Source: Chlorokybus atmophyticus (taxonomy: Eukaryota > Plantae > Mesostigma and Chlorokybus algae). From it: a stretch of DNA of 64,000 bases. The stretch lies in the NCBI GenBank assembly GCA_009103225.1, contig RHPI01002090.1, positions 644,414 to 708,413 on the forward strand, given 5' to 3'. The notes under the pieces were generated by a model. That model was not told the DNA's origin. It saw only the letters and a program-made list of their open reading frames with translations, and did no database searches. Below are positions 47,946 to 61,478 of this stretch, one piece after another. Numbering within the stretch: position 1 is the stretch's first letter; each line of letters opens with the position of its first letter. Made by a program: the position numbers and the translations under genes.

Positions 47946-50032
47946 TCAGAAAGCTTTCGAAACAGGCACGCAGCAGTTGCAATCTGCAGCCAGCGTACCG
48001 AGCATAATGAGCTGGCCAGATCGCAGAGACACGGCAAGGCGGGGCCCCAGGAAATGAAGCGCAGCAGCTTCATCTCTGCCAGCACCGAGACCAAGCTGGA
48101 ATAGAGGCCGCCACATCCGCGCTTCGAACACCGTTACAGCTCCACCTGAGGTTGCTGCCACCTTGTAGCCGTCCGCATGAAGCGCTGTGACCTGAACCAT
48201 CCAACAACAAATCGACCGTCACCTCTACGCAAAACAAACACACGTGACCGCCTTATGGTAAGCTTCGTCACCTCGTCAAGGCCACAAGAACCAAACCACA
48301 GTCTTAAGTGTAAAGTACCTGCGCAGAGGTTCCTCCACTGCCTATGCGCCCTGTCCCGCACTTGAGCAGCGCTACGCGCACCTGTGAGTGCAAGTTGCTG
48401 AGCGTCTCGGATTAAGCATTAAGCAGCAGCAAGTCACAGACCACACATGGTAGCCCACATGAGTACCTGTGAGTTGGCATCCCATGCGAATGCCGCGTTG
48501 GGGTGGCCGTTGCCCGAATTGTTGTGCTTGTACGCAGCCAACACGACACCCAAGTCCTCAGCCTACATGCAACGAGTCAGTATCAGTCGCACTGTTGCGT
48601 GTGTATGTCAGTTGACTCGACTCACCTCCGCAACCTGCGCCAGAGGGCAATCGCAACTGCCAATGAAGTGCCGAATCTCCATATCAGCGTTGACATCGTA
48701 CATCTTTATCAGACCTCCACCAGTGCCGGCGGCCACGCATTGGCCACCTCGCGCACTGCATGCACACACAACGCCTCCGCGCCCAACCCACCAACTGCAC
48801 GACATGCAGTCTTGAGCCAATGCATACAAACACTAACACCCATCACCCAACTTACCACGAGACAACTCACCCGCCAGCGATGATGGCACCAGTGGCGGGA
48901 CACGCGACGGATAAGAAACCGTCACGCGTGCCAGCGGCAACCAGCGGAGGCCGGTCATGGCCGCGCGTGAGCATCGCCATCGCCTCAACGTGGCCGAGCG
49001 CGTTGCACCACGCCAAGTGCTTGCCGTCAGCCACGAGGGAGAACGCGCTCACGACACCCGTGCTCGTGCCGTAGGCCACGTACGCTCCATCTGCAATACG
49101 TGTCAGTCGTGTGAGTTTGTGACTGCGTGCATGCAAGGGTGAGTGTCCTTTCCACCTTCTGAGATGGCACCAGCTGTCGCGCAGATGTCGTTGAGGTGAA
49201 ATGCAGTCCAGCGGTGGCGACTGGTAGCGGCGTCTGCAATGTGACACCCGTTGCGCGCTGTCACGATAACCGCTCTGCGCCCACCATCTGTCAACCTCAT
49301 CGCAAGGGGTTTACCTGTGTGCGCACCACACAGTCAACCTTCCGTGACAGCTACAAATACAGAACACAGCAGTTACCAAAGAGGGAATTGGTAACACCTG
49401 CAATGCAACATCCCAACCTAGCAAGTGGTTTGTGGAGTCACTGAGCTGCGTGGTACAGTTGTTGATACTGTTGCTGTTGTGTGAGCAGCAGAGCCAAGCA
49501 CGGCCAGTCCGCCACGCCTTCGCTGCAGCGTATCTCGAAGGCGGGGGCAAAGCGTCGCTACCACTACTCATCTCGGCAGCAGAGACCATTCTGCAGGCCG
49601 CCAGGTGCCTCCCCCACAGCTTGTCCTGCCCGACCACCACATCTAGCCACTCCCTGTACGTGCGTGACCTTATCTTTTGTTGTGTTGCCTTGCATGATGC
49701 GAATGCTGTCGCAACACTACAGAGGCATGCACGCTTGGCAGTCATCCTGAACAGCAAGCACTCAACCAACTGCTGTCTGCCTGCTCCGCTGTAGCTGTCA
49801 TACCAGGCCGTGGCACAACTGCCTTCACACGCAGCAGTCACCCACTAACCCTGCTTCTACTACTCGCAGCAACAGCATGCATCTGCAAGACCGTCAGCAT
49901 CAACAAGAGCACCATGCTCCGAGCATGCCTGCAGACACATGCGGCTCTGGCGAGGTCCTCCGGGGGGAGGAAGCTGCCCAGGACGCCTTCCAGCATGTCG
50001 CGCCCCAGGCAGTCCACCGTCGCCTGCCCCAT
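47946..50032 (-). CDS. F-box / WD40-repeat protein, multi-exon
   Basis: F-box LGRDMLEGVLGSFLPPEDLARAACVCR|EWLDVVVGQDKLW, followed by propeller-type strands (YVAYGTSTGVVSAF, LVAAGTRDGFLSV, CVAAGTGGGLIKMYDV, VTALHADGYKVAATSGGAVTVFEAR). Confidence 0.75.
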
Positions 50033-50114
50033 GCCTCTCCCTGTGTGTCCCGCCGCCGTCTCCTCCTGTACCGGCAGAGCCAAAGTGACCCATCCCATTA
50101 CTTACGCGCACCTG

Positions 50115-50122
50115 CCACGTGG
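50115..50122. promoter_or_regulatory. Palindromic G-box CCACGTGG between divergent F-box and LptB-like genes
   Basis: Directly visible in the ~200-bp intergenic region. A TGGGCT site-II-like motif lies at ~50163. Confidence 0.4.
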
Positions 50123-50233
50123 ACGGACTGTACAGGATGGGACTGCATTCGGGAGTAAAGACTGGGCTCAGGACTGTGCTCCAAGGACCGCCTTGTGGTT
50201 GTTTGGCGATGTTTGGGACTTGTTGTGGTCGCC

Positions 50234-51703
50234 ATGGCGCTAGCGGCGGCGGCGGTGCCGTCTGTCTCGTCCTCCTCGTGGGCGCTGGAGGCGTCGTCTT
50301 CGGCGCCTGCCAATGAGAAGCACGGTGAGAGACCGTCGTGGCGAGTGGCGGTGGCGGCTGGGGAGGCTGTGGGGCTTCTGGGGCCCAATGGCGCGGGCAA
50401 GTCCACCCTCTTCAAGGTGAGGTAAGCCGGTTGAGTGGTGAAAGTAATGTTGATGCATGTCACGCATGGCACATTATATATATATAAGACGAGTGAAGCT
50501 GACTACCTCATGTGTATGAATCAACTCCTGAGCTAACTGATTCAGAGTTTGTGATTAATGGTAGTGACAAGCAACTCCTGCCTGAATTAGCTCAGGTGTT
50601 GCTGGATAATGCCAGTCAGGTGCTTCCTGACTGAAGCTTACAGGAAGATCGCTATATGAGTACAGCCCAAATGATGCTTCAGGAAGCAACTCTGACAATT
50701 CATCACGCTGCGCAGTCAAAAAGACACCCCTTTGCCGCACTTCCTTCTCCCTGGCTAAGCCGCTTTGTGATCGTGAGTCATGTTGTCTTGCAGGCGTTGG
50801 CAGGGGTGAGCCGCAGGATAGCGGTGGGCTCCGTGCTGGTTGGCGGAGTGGACGTGAGCAGCTTACCGCCTCATCTGCGAGCAAGAAAGGGCCTCCTGTA
50901 CCTGCCCCAAGACTCGTCTATCTTCCGCAACCTTTCGGTCGCGGTTAGCATGATGTCTCTCCCTTTCACAATTTATTGCAAGGAGGTTCTAGAGCACAGC
51001 CAACTGTCGGGGGGGGCTAGGTTGCTTGCTGATGCGAAAGGCTCGCGGCTTCTCTCTTGCAAGCTTCTGACCATTTTGTCCTGTGTCGTAGGACAATCTT
51101 AGACTTGTGCTGGAGCAGAGAGGAGGGCAGAGTGACGTGCAAAGGGAGGAACGCATTGCACAGCTTCTCAGGGAGTTTGACCTAACACACGTTGCACGAA
51201 CCAAGGCGATCAACCTGTCGGGTGGAGAGCGGAGGCGCACGGTACGCAGATAAGCAGATATCAGCATCTGCAGCACTGTGTGCACAATGTACATATTGTG
51301 ACTGTGATCAGGAACTTGCAAGGGCGCTGGCCGCAGGCGGTGTGGGTGTCGAGAGCGACATGCAAGTATCAGCGCGCGTGCTGCTTGTTGACGAACCGTT
51401 TGCTGGGGTAGGTTTACCTTTTTGCGCTTTCCTTTGATCTTAGACACAATTGCTTGCTTTGTTGGACAGGTGGACCCAATCGGCGTCGGAGAAATGCAGA
51501 GCATGCTTAGGAGGCTGTGCGAGGTGTACAATCTCGGGATTCTCATTACTGACCATTCTGTTGCAAGTACACTGGCGCTGTGTGATCGCGCATACTTGCT
51601 GCACAAAGGAGAGATTATGGCAGAAGGCACACCTGATGAGCTGTTGCAGAACGACTATGCCAGAACACACTACCTAGGCCCATCCTTCGTGGGAGCATCT
51701 TGA
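50234..51703 (+). CDS. lptB: LptB-like (LPS export system) ABC ATPase, 5 exons, Ala/Ser-rich N-terminal extension
   Basis: GLLGPNGAGKSTLFK|...YLPQDSSIFRNLSVA|DNL...NLSGGERRR..ELARALA...LLVDEPFAG|VDPIGV...GILITDH...CDRAYLLHKGEIMAEGTPDELL...YLGPSF. DEPFAGVDP and the YLG tail are LptB hallmarks. Confidence 0.82.
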
Positions 51704-51913
51704 TGAGTGGGCTTTTTGTTGCATGCCTTGCAGGCAACTGCAAGCAGTCATAGCAGCACAGCACCAGCTGAGCTTTATTCAAGTTTACTCTCGCAGCTGC
51801 AACTTGCATTCATAGCTATATGCAGTTACCAGCATTGCATCCTGTGTACGACATGGCGAATGAACACTTCCTACAAAGGCAATATGGCTAATGAGTACCG
51901 TGATGCAATGTAC

Positions 51914-54838
51914 CTAGTACACGCGCTCAACCGTTGACACTGGTGTCAAGAACACTACAATGATGGTAATGTTGTCCTCAGAGTCCCTCAAGCCAGCTTC
52001 TGCCGCAAGGCGCTTGCCAGCAAGATGCGGGTCTTTCACTGTGTCCTTCACATAGTTGACGGCTTCTTCATTGCTGACCACATCCCATAGGCCGTCACTG
52101 GCGAGAATTAAGAACTGCACAAGTAGGATGTTGGTAGGTTTTACTGAAAACTTGTGTTGCGCGGCAAAACGCACTGGGTCAACACAGGCTGACACTGTGC
52201 CACGTGCAAGCGTCCTACCTCATCTTGTGGGGTGAGCTTGTGCGTGGTCACTTCCGGCTCAGCTGTCACTGCTGGTTTCAAATCGTCATCCCCAATAGAG
52301 CGCGAAACCTAGCATCAGCAACGTGTAAGCTCTTCCACAACACAAAACTTCTTGTGTCCGTGTACATTGCTGCGTGTAATGGCAGAATTCCTATACCTGC
52401 AGAGCAGCTGCACCAACACGCCAAGTGTCTACTCTCCACTCAACAGTGCTCCCAGCTGAGACGACTCGTGCCTGCAAGCATGCGTTCATTACAAGGTGCA
52501 TAGACGCGGAGGTCATATGCAATGGGTGCTTTAGTGCATGACCACGTACCCGCTCCTGCTCATCTGCAACAGTATGGTCTCTAGTGAGCTGAACCGCCTT
52601 TCCGGCACGACTGACAACAGCTCGGCAATCACCGGCGTTTGCCAGTACAAGCTGGTCCTCCCACAGCAAGCCTGCAAGGGCTGTGCAGCCTGGGTGCCAT
52701 CTTTGGCCATTCTTCATCTGTGTTCGCCTGATTGCTGCTTCCGCGCAGAACGCAGCGTCCAGCTCCACAAATGCTCGGCTAAGCACTTCCTCAGGCCTGG
52801 TGAAGTTCAACAGGGTCACAACCTGGACACCACGTACACCGTAACAGGGTACCTCCATAGACTTAACTTTTACCTATAATTGCAAAGCAGAGCTGGTAGC
52901 CGTGCAGGCAAGGCATGTGAAGCATACTCTGCTGCTTCAAAACCTCTGTGACCATCAAAGATACCAAGCAAGGTGAGGCCACTGACGCCACCGATGCCGC
53001 GTGCGAGACAGTGCCTGTCCTCCATTTTTTCTCTTGCTCCACTTGAAGCAAATACACCCACCGCAATGACAGGCCTGTGTGCAACCTCGAGTTACAACAC
53101 AACCGCACCTAGCATATGCGCACGAGCATCACAATGTAGTCTGGACAGTATGTTAGGAGTAACAAATTGTCGACGGTCGAAGCATATACCTGTACAAAAT
53201 CACATCCTTGTTGCTCCACTGAGGCTTCTCCCCAATTGGACCAGCCTGCGCGTGCGACACAGCTCGGTCGGCCCATGAGGCTGCCTCTTCGTCCTGCTGT
53301 GGCGTGGCAGCGACATCATCCTCATGACGTTCTGATGTCAACTCTTCAGGCAAAGTGCGCAAGATGTCCTGCATTGCTTTGACAACGGCAGCTGCGGAGG
53401 GGCGAGCAGCAGGGTCTTGCTGCCAGCAAGCAGTTAGCAAGTCCTTAAACTGCTGGGGTACGTGTGGGTCGGTTGGTGGACGCAGACCGTGAGAGGCAAT
53501 GGCCTCCGCTAACGCCTGCTCAGTGTAGTCCATCTCCAGTACGGTGTGTATCTGCACTTGCGTGGTGAGGTCGGTGAACGGCAAGACCTGAGTGCATGTT
53601 TCATTTGCGGTGATGGCCCACGAGTACACATCCGAAGCAGGAGAGTGGGGATGCTTCTTGAGCACTTCTGGTGCAAGGTAGCGCATCGTGCCGACCATGT
53701 GGTCCTTCTGGAATCCACCAGTGGGTTTACCTCGGCCAACCCATACTCGAGCACCGGTCTCGGTGTAGCCGCCGGCTGCAAGTGTTGCAGACTCTTCTGC
53801 CAGCCCAAAGTCCGTTATAACAGCTGCGCCATCAGCGGACAACAGAACATTGGCCGGCTTCACATCGCGATGGACAACGCCCTGCAGTGCAACATCAGAC
53901 TTGTTCTAGCCCATTCAAAGGCGAGCCGCAGCCAGAAAGACTGTATGAAGTTATGACAAGCAGCACCAGTTTCAACGAGGCATACGTACACATTATTTCT
54001 GACCGCACAATGCAGGCACTTGCTCAGTGTGCTCAACACGACTGCTCCATGACTGCTATCATCATGAACGCTACTGGCAACTGTGGTGTTCCGAACATTA
54101 GCCATCTGCTAGAGTAAAGTGTGTCGTGGGTGCATTCAATGTACATTGATCTTGGATTTACATGACACTTAACACGTTGTATGTTCCAAGGACGCTCACA
54201 TTGAGTTGTGGGCATAATTGCAGAAACATAAATGCAGTGAGAACGCATTCGCAGGTCAACACTGCTAGCCTGCTGTTGTGAATCATGTTCGGCACCTTTT
54301 CGTGCAGGTAACAAAGACCTCGAGCAAGATCGGCAGCAAGGTGCAGAGCTCGAACAAACGACATGCGATGGGCTCCCGGTGCATGAAGGCGCGCATGCAA
54401 CGAGCCCCTTGGATGGAGCGGGAGCGCCAGGGCGTAGTCTGGGGGGTGAGCGCGGGCGGCAACCAAGGGGGCAATGTGAGGCGGTGACGGCCCTAGCAGC
54501 TCCAGCAGCCTGATCTCTTTGTGGAAGCGGGTCATGTCGTCAGCCGTGCGTAGAAATGGGCGCTTAATGGCGACGGGCTGGCCATCCCACGCGCCAGACC
54601 AGACCACACTCTCGGCCCCTCGGGCGAGCTCTCGGATAGCGCCGACGCCGATCTGCTGCTCGCTGGCCTGCTGGAAGGCGCCCTTGGGGACGTCCAACCG
54701 CACTCGCTCGCTGCGGCAGCAGCCCCTGACGCAAATGCTGATCTGCTGCTGGTCCCGCTTGTCCGGCGTCTCCTGCTTGCTGACGGCGGCGGGCGCAGGC
54801 GTTGAGGCCGGCGTAACAGCCTCCAGCGACGGTGCCAT
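51914..54838 (-). CDS. Protein kinase-PP2C phosphatase fusion, multi-exon
   Basis: Kinase: [50 protein letters not shown]2C: [53 protein letters not shown]. Confidence 0.93.
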
Positions 54839-55400
54839 GGCGGACGCCCTTGATGCCGCCGGCCTCGACCAGTGTACACCACTCGCCGCTACCACGAACA
54901 CCACGCTCAGCGCCTGCTCGCTCGGTCGCGGCGTGCCAGCGTGTCACGCACCAGGTTGGTCGGGCTGATCGAAATTGAAATGCTCACCCCGTTCATTGCA
55001 TTGCCATGCAATCATCATTGACACGCTGGCAGCGACGGACCCGTTGGGGTATTTTTTTCTTTTTTTTTCGTTCATTTGATGCTCACAGCAAGTAAGGGTA
55101 GGTCCATGCGTTGATTATTAGGCAGGCAGGCACTCAAGCAAGGTGTATGTTATTTTCCGTTTCTGGCCATTTGTGTCATACATCTGGGAACGAGTAGTAT
55201 TTGCCACTACGTTATGACCTTCCATGGTTGAATGATGGATTCTTAATGTTATGTTACACTAGCTGCGGAGGACTACGTGATGACGATTGTCCTCTTTTGC
55301 AAGTATAATATGCTTTGTTGTGAGCATCAGTATCATGTGTGCACATGTTCAACGTATTTGGTATTTTGCAGCTATGCTGGTTTGCAACATGTGCTCAAGC

Positions 55401-55438
55401 ACAATTGCACATGATGTGCACAATTGCACATGATGTGC
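55401..55438. repeat. 19-bp tandem duplication (acaattgcacatgatgtgc)x2
   Basis: Directly visible in an AT-rich intergenic block. Confidence 0.7.
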
Positions 55439-57507
55439 ATAAAATATCCACTTATCTTTCAACATGCCTTATAAATGGGGGCATATACACAATCACAAGT
55501 TTAATACATATATAACATCAGTCATAATGCCATCGCTATGTTTGCATATTGGCCTCGCGAGTTTATCTCATTCGATTGACATACACATTGTGAATGGTAT
55601 GCATACTTGCATGGGTATAGCTTTTAACATGCTTAATGCCATTAAGCATCATCTGCTCATGAATTGTAGGGCTCCGCCTACCGTACTCTCTCTCTTGCTA
55701 ATGATAGCTCAACGCGGGTCCAAAGATGTTGAAATTGTATTAATGATGTGAACTTTATTATGACAGTTGTGTAAAATTGCAAATGAAAAACAACAATCAC
55801 ATGCTGCATGACTATGATTTTTGAATGAATTAATACATTACCACGCATGACGCTAATAGTGTAATACTTACAATATGAGCTGATGTACACTTACACTTCA
55901 AGTTTATTTTCAACATGATGATGTATTAACAAATGTGTATGGTATAGTAAACAACTAAGTTTACAAATTACCTTAATCATGAGTTCTGTATTCAAACATC
56001 TTGGCGATAGACGAGTAGTGCTGAGTTGCTGTAGTGCTTACTTGAACATATTTAATTCAAGTATTTGCTGAATCATGTATTTAAACCAAGTATTCAAGCT
56101 AAGTGTGGACACGTGTGGAATCTATGCTAATTGCTTTACTAGTTGTATTTTTACGATCGCACATAGGTATTCACATACAGACCAACTAACAAATAGTGAA
56201 CAAGTATCGTTTCCCGCAGCATGCATATTTTGCAAGCAGTTTTTAGTGGAAAAATGAGGGAAAACAAGCGAGGCGGTCATGTGAGGATGGTTGTGATTTT
56301 ATCAACAAATCAAAATTGTCATTTGCACAACATTTTCAACATTTTCAACTCGTCAATCAAGCCAATTCTCACTTTGCGGTGCACTTAAAACCTCATATGT
56401 CCATAATCTAGCTTTTAGTCTTCATATCATCAAATGGGCACATGTAACAACATATGTTGTATATGTTACTTGCGTAAGCGTCATACAACATGTATATATG
56501 TATGTATGTTTATACAATGCCGTGTCATATGGCGATTGCGTTGTATTCAACTTAATGCACTTTATGTTCATGAGGGTCCGCATTCATGCTGAACGCTGCA
56601 TTGTTAATTATAAGACTTATCATGCTGCTCGTTATTAATAATAAACCCTTTTCGTCCTTACAGTTTGATCAAATGTCTTGACGTTTGCTATATGCATATG
56701 TTGCAAAAATTAAACAAAGTATGGATGGCCGTCCAAATGACAACTTCTAACATCGTATGCATCATTCAGCACGAGCATGCTATAACGGTTGCACATCCCT
56801 TCATCGACTTTATGATTAGACTTATCAACAATACAAAACAAAGGATGCAGACAATTTTTATTACAGCATCATGCACGCGGTTTGAGTAGGTGTGACCGAG
56901 TATAGAGATATTCCTGGAGCCACAAGAGCACCGTACACAAAGCGATCGTACGTGCTGCCGACAGGCATCCACGTGTGCGTGATGCAACGGCCGTGCCCCT
57001 GGGTTGAAACGCCAGGCCCATCCCCTCGGGCTTCTCTCCAGCGCCTACTCTCAGGGTCAAACAGCTGTCTTCCATTGACGCAAGTGGACTACCGTGGAAG
57101 GGGGAGGACCTGGTGACACAGCGTCCCGCGGCCGCTTTGCCGCGGCGCCACATCGACGAAGGGACGGGTTCGACTTACGCTGTTTGTCGCAGATTACGAC
57201 GTAGTCGTAACTTGTGAGCCGTCACCCAGCAAAAGTGCTCTATCCAACGGTGAGAACCGGGCCGTGGAGCACAGCGGCGTCTTCGAGTCACGTTGGCTGT
57301 CGCGCAGCCAAATACTGTTGTGACTGCACTTTCCCGGCAGCATCTCGAAACACGGAATAGTGTACGTCAGCTGTCCGCCGCCGCCGCCGCCGCCGCCGCT
57401 GCTTCCGCTGTCGCTGACGTCGGTACAGTTGGTGTCGTGGGCGTTGTCTTTGGTGTTCTTAGTGAGTGAGTTAGCAATCAGCTGGTGTGCGTGGTATTAT
57501 TCCAACG

Positions 57508-59360
57508 ATGAACGGCAACGGCGCGGCGGCGAACGGCGGAGCAATGCCTCCTTCGGGCAAGGGCAAGGCCACCCTGGCCGTGAAGGCCGGTCTGGCGCAG
57601 ATGCTCAAGGGCGGTGTCATTATGGACGTCATCAACGTGGAGCAGGCGCGTATTGCCGAGGAGGCGGGAGCAGTCGCAGGCAAGCGTGCAGTACAGTTCG
57701 TGTAAGATGCGCTCGGTCTTGCTTCCTCGGTGGCTGCTGTTGGTATATGCCGTTGCTGTGAGGCCGATTCGATGCGATTGCAATACTTGCAAGTTTATAG
57801 TCGAGCTTTAACTTCATTAACTGATCAAGGTCTTTGCTTACAGTTATGGCTCTTGAGAGGGTGCCAGCAGACATCCGGAAGGATGGAGGTGTGGCACGCA
57901 TGAGCGATCCAGGCATGATTAAGGAGATCAAGGCGGCTGTTACCATCCCCGTCATGGCTAAGGTGCAGTTGTAGGGACCTTCTCTCCACATCTACACCTT
58001 TCTGGCGTTGCTGGCTCCATGCAGTCTGTTTACGACATGAATCAGCCACAACCAAGTGCAAACAGCTTGTTCATTTCACGAGCACTTGAAGGTTACTTCA
58101 CCACGATATGCGTAGTGCAAGATACCATGCTCTGTCAAGCACGTACCAAAGGCGCTGCATGATTACTGTGTGCCTCAACTGTTCACAATTGCAATGCAAG
58201 ACCCTTGTTCAGCAATGCTCTATTCACACTATGCCGCACTCGTTAACTCCTTGTTTGGGTTCTCCTTAGTTGGGTTTATCGTTGTGTAGTGGTCAGCTGT
58301 CGGCAAGCAGCATAACTTGCTGAGCCCTTGTACTTGCAATCATGGTCAATATCTCGTTGTGCTGAGCGTTTCCATGTATGCTCAGCCTTCCAAAGTTGAC
58401 CAACATTTGTGCTGCATCCCTATTCCGCTAGACAGTTCAGTTTGTCCTGCGGTCATATGTTGCAGCAATATGACACAATAAACAATTGTGCCCTCTGTAC
58501 ACAAGTTCACCAACAACTGCTTACCTGCTTGGTTGATTGCACAGGCTCGCATCGGACACTTCGTGGAAGCCCAAGTTCTGGAGTCGCTAGGCATTGACTA
58601 CATTGATGAGAGCGAGGTGTTGACGCCCGCAGATGATGTTCACCACATCAATAAGCACGCCTTCAGCCTCCCATTCGTGTGTGGCTGTCGAGATATTGGC
58701 GAAGCACTGCGGCGCATTGGGGAGGGTGCTGCTATGATCCGCACAAAGGTATAGGAAATGCACGCGCAGTTGACATTTGGATTTGTACATGTGTCTCTGG
58801 TTTGCTGCAACACTGTGTAGACCACCCACTTGGTGTTCGGAGTAGTTGTGGTAACGAGGAGCATGCATGGCTGGAGTTGATGGTTTACTGTGACGCACTG
58901 CTGACTTGCTGTTTAACACGTGCAGGGCGAGGCTGGCACTGGCAACATTGTTGAGGCAGTGAGGCACGTTAGGGCGGTCCAGGGAGCTATTAGGCAGCTG
59001 CAGTGCATGGATGAAGATGAGCTGTACGTCTTTGCTAAGGAGCATCGCGCGCCGCTTGAACTGGTGAAGGAGACCAAGAGGCTGGGAAGGCTACCAGTTG
59101 TCAACTTCGCAGCTGGAGGTGTGGCCACTCCAGCAGACGCTGCGCTCATGATGCAGATGGGCTGTGATGGTGTCTTCGTTGGGTCGGGTATCTTCAAGAG
59201 TGGTGATCCTATGAAGCGCGCAAAAGCCATTGTGCAGGCCACCACGCACTTCAACGACCCCAAGGTCATTGCAGAGGTCAGCATCGATTTGGGTGAGCCC
59301 ATGGTTGGCATTGATCTTCAAGACATGTCCGTGCCAAGGTATGCTGCGCGATCAGAGTGA
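57508..59360 (+). CDS. PDX1: Pyridoxal 5'-phosphate synthase subunit PDX1, 4 exons
   Basis: [15 protein letters not shown]|[18 protein letters not shown]|[26 protein letters not shown]|[38 protein letters not shown]. Confidence 0.97.
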
Positions 59361-60020
59361 TACATACGTTTGTAGGTAGTGTTACCAGTGTACTAATCAG
59401 GCAGGTTAGATTTGGGGGGGGGGGGGGGGGGCNNNNNNNNNNNNNNNNNNNNNNNNNNNNNNNNNNNNNNNNNNNNNNNNNNNNNNNNNNNNNNNNNNNN
59501 NNNNNNNNNNNNNNNNNNNNNNNNNNNNNNNNNNNNNGGGGGATTATTTACTGGAGATTGAGCGGTTAGGTTGAACTCGGATGCCTTTGGGTGATGTTAG
59601 TGTGCGCAGGGTTTTGATCACTGACTGAATATTGTCATAGAGCCACTGTGTACACATAGCTGTGGTGGTTCTGGCAGTTTTGCATATGACTGTGTCTGCA
59701 AAGTCATTGATGAGGCTAGTCATGTGTGTGACGTGTAAGCTTGTCCCAGAATAGCTCTTTTGGATGTTAACATTCTCTGGCGTGCCCTGCACCTAAGCAG
59801 TGTCTTTTGTTATGCTGACTGGTGATGGTATGTGTTGTATGCAAAGGCGCATGCTGCAAGATGATATTCACATGTTGTCTATTGACAGTTACTCCGCATT
59901 GTTTATACGCATTGGAAATGCAAGTCCAGTTGATTGTAACTATGATGGATATGACGTCCAGCATTGACACATTGTTGACTTCACTGTGCTGGACAGTCTG
60001 CAACCGTCTGGCTAAGTGTT

Positions 60021-60445
60021 GTGCCTGGCAAGCAGCCCCAGCTGCATGACACAGCAGTTAATGTGAGATACTGCGTAAATTGTAGACTCGTGCCTGCCAA
60101 GCAGCCCAAGCTGCATGACACATCAGTTAGTTAACATGAGGTACTGCGTAAATTGTAGACTTGTTCCTAGCAGCAAAACCACTTAGTTGACAGTTACGAC
60201 ATGCATGCAAATCAGCTGCTGCTGCCAGTCAGTACAATGCAAGTGCGTAGGCGTGTTGTAGACTTGTTCATAGCAGCCAAACAAGTTAGCTGACAGTTTC
60301 GACATGTATGCAAATCAGCTGCTGCTGCCAGTCAGTACAATGCAAGTGCGTAGGCGTGTTGTAGACTTGTTCATAGCAGCAAAACAAGTTAGCTGACACT
60401 TTCGACATGCATGCAAATCATCTGCTACTGCCAGTCAGTGCAATG
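60021..60445. repeat. Compound tandem array: ~69-bp unit x2 then 103-bp unit x~3
   Basis: gtgcctg(g/c)caagcagccc at 60021 and 60090; ttgtagacttgttc at 60153, 60256 and 60359. Confidence 0.85.
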
Positions 60446-61478
60446 CAACTACATAGGTGTGGCGGAAACAAATACAAAGCTGGCAATCTGTACAAACAGA
60501 AACAGGTTATAATGGTGGCAAACGATGGCAACTGCAGCACAATGCATTCATTCACCACTGCGCAAGCCTACACTCAGGTAATGAAGAGAAACATGCAGAG
60601 AAACACGCGTTGTGCAAAGCTGCTTCTCATGCAACGGGAGACTGGTGAATGTGCTTGAAAGAATCTGTGCAGCCATTGTCAAGCAGCTTCGCTGTTGCAG
60701 ACAGCCCTATCCTGCACTGCCCAGCGGAAACTGTCTGGCATAGCAAGGACAGCGTTCAATCAATGGCAGCCTGCCATCCATCAGTGTCCCGCCAACCTGC
60801 GCCACGAAATACTCAGTGCAGTGCAGTTGTTGGTGTAGCATAATCAGCTCATTATGTTGATTGTCACCATGAGCAGTGGATGCAATCGTTGTGCAGGACT
60901 GATGGCATCACCTTCGCGTCAATGCACTGCTGTTTCTATTAAACGCCTACAGTGGGTGTGCAACCCTCACGCCAGTATTCGCAGAGCTTTGGAGACAGGC
61001 AATGAAGCCGCAAGCCGATGCAGCAGCCTGCAAGGCTGCCAACATGATGTGCGTGCTTGGGAATGCGCCATCTTGGTGCTCCAGCAAGCTTTTCGTTGAG
61101 GTGGGCATGCTGACACTGGGAGGAGTAGATGGTCAGTGCGTTGACATGCATGCAAACCTGTCTCGCCCACAAAAAGTGACATAGCAAACAATGTAGATTT
61201 GAGGGACCAACCTTGTGAGCTAATCGGATGAAGTTTAAACACATGCAGCCGCAACTGACGGTTTGACGGCTTGTACTCCAGGCGAGGGTAGCCGGTTACC
61301 AGCTGAACGAAGGAGCCACGCGTTCTAGCATGAGCTGCCTCAGCAAAGCCTGAGAAGGCTCTCACGCGGACTTTGTGCGACCAAGCCTGTGGCGCCAGCA
61401 TCTGCGCCCAAAGCACGAGGCAATGATGACAGGAGGTAGTTTATCCAGCAAGCAGACAGTCGTGTACCACAAGAGAAC

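Noticed and set aside
55060-57150. AT-rich block between divergent kinase-PP2C and PDX1 as a discrete transposon
   Set aside because: No TIR, TSD or coding remnant could be demonstrated.
60021-60445. Tandem arrays here and at 4329-4570 and 35811-36008 as CRISPR-like
   Set aside because: Units are contiguous head-to-tail copies with no unique spacers, and the context is eukaryotic.
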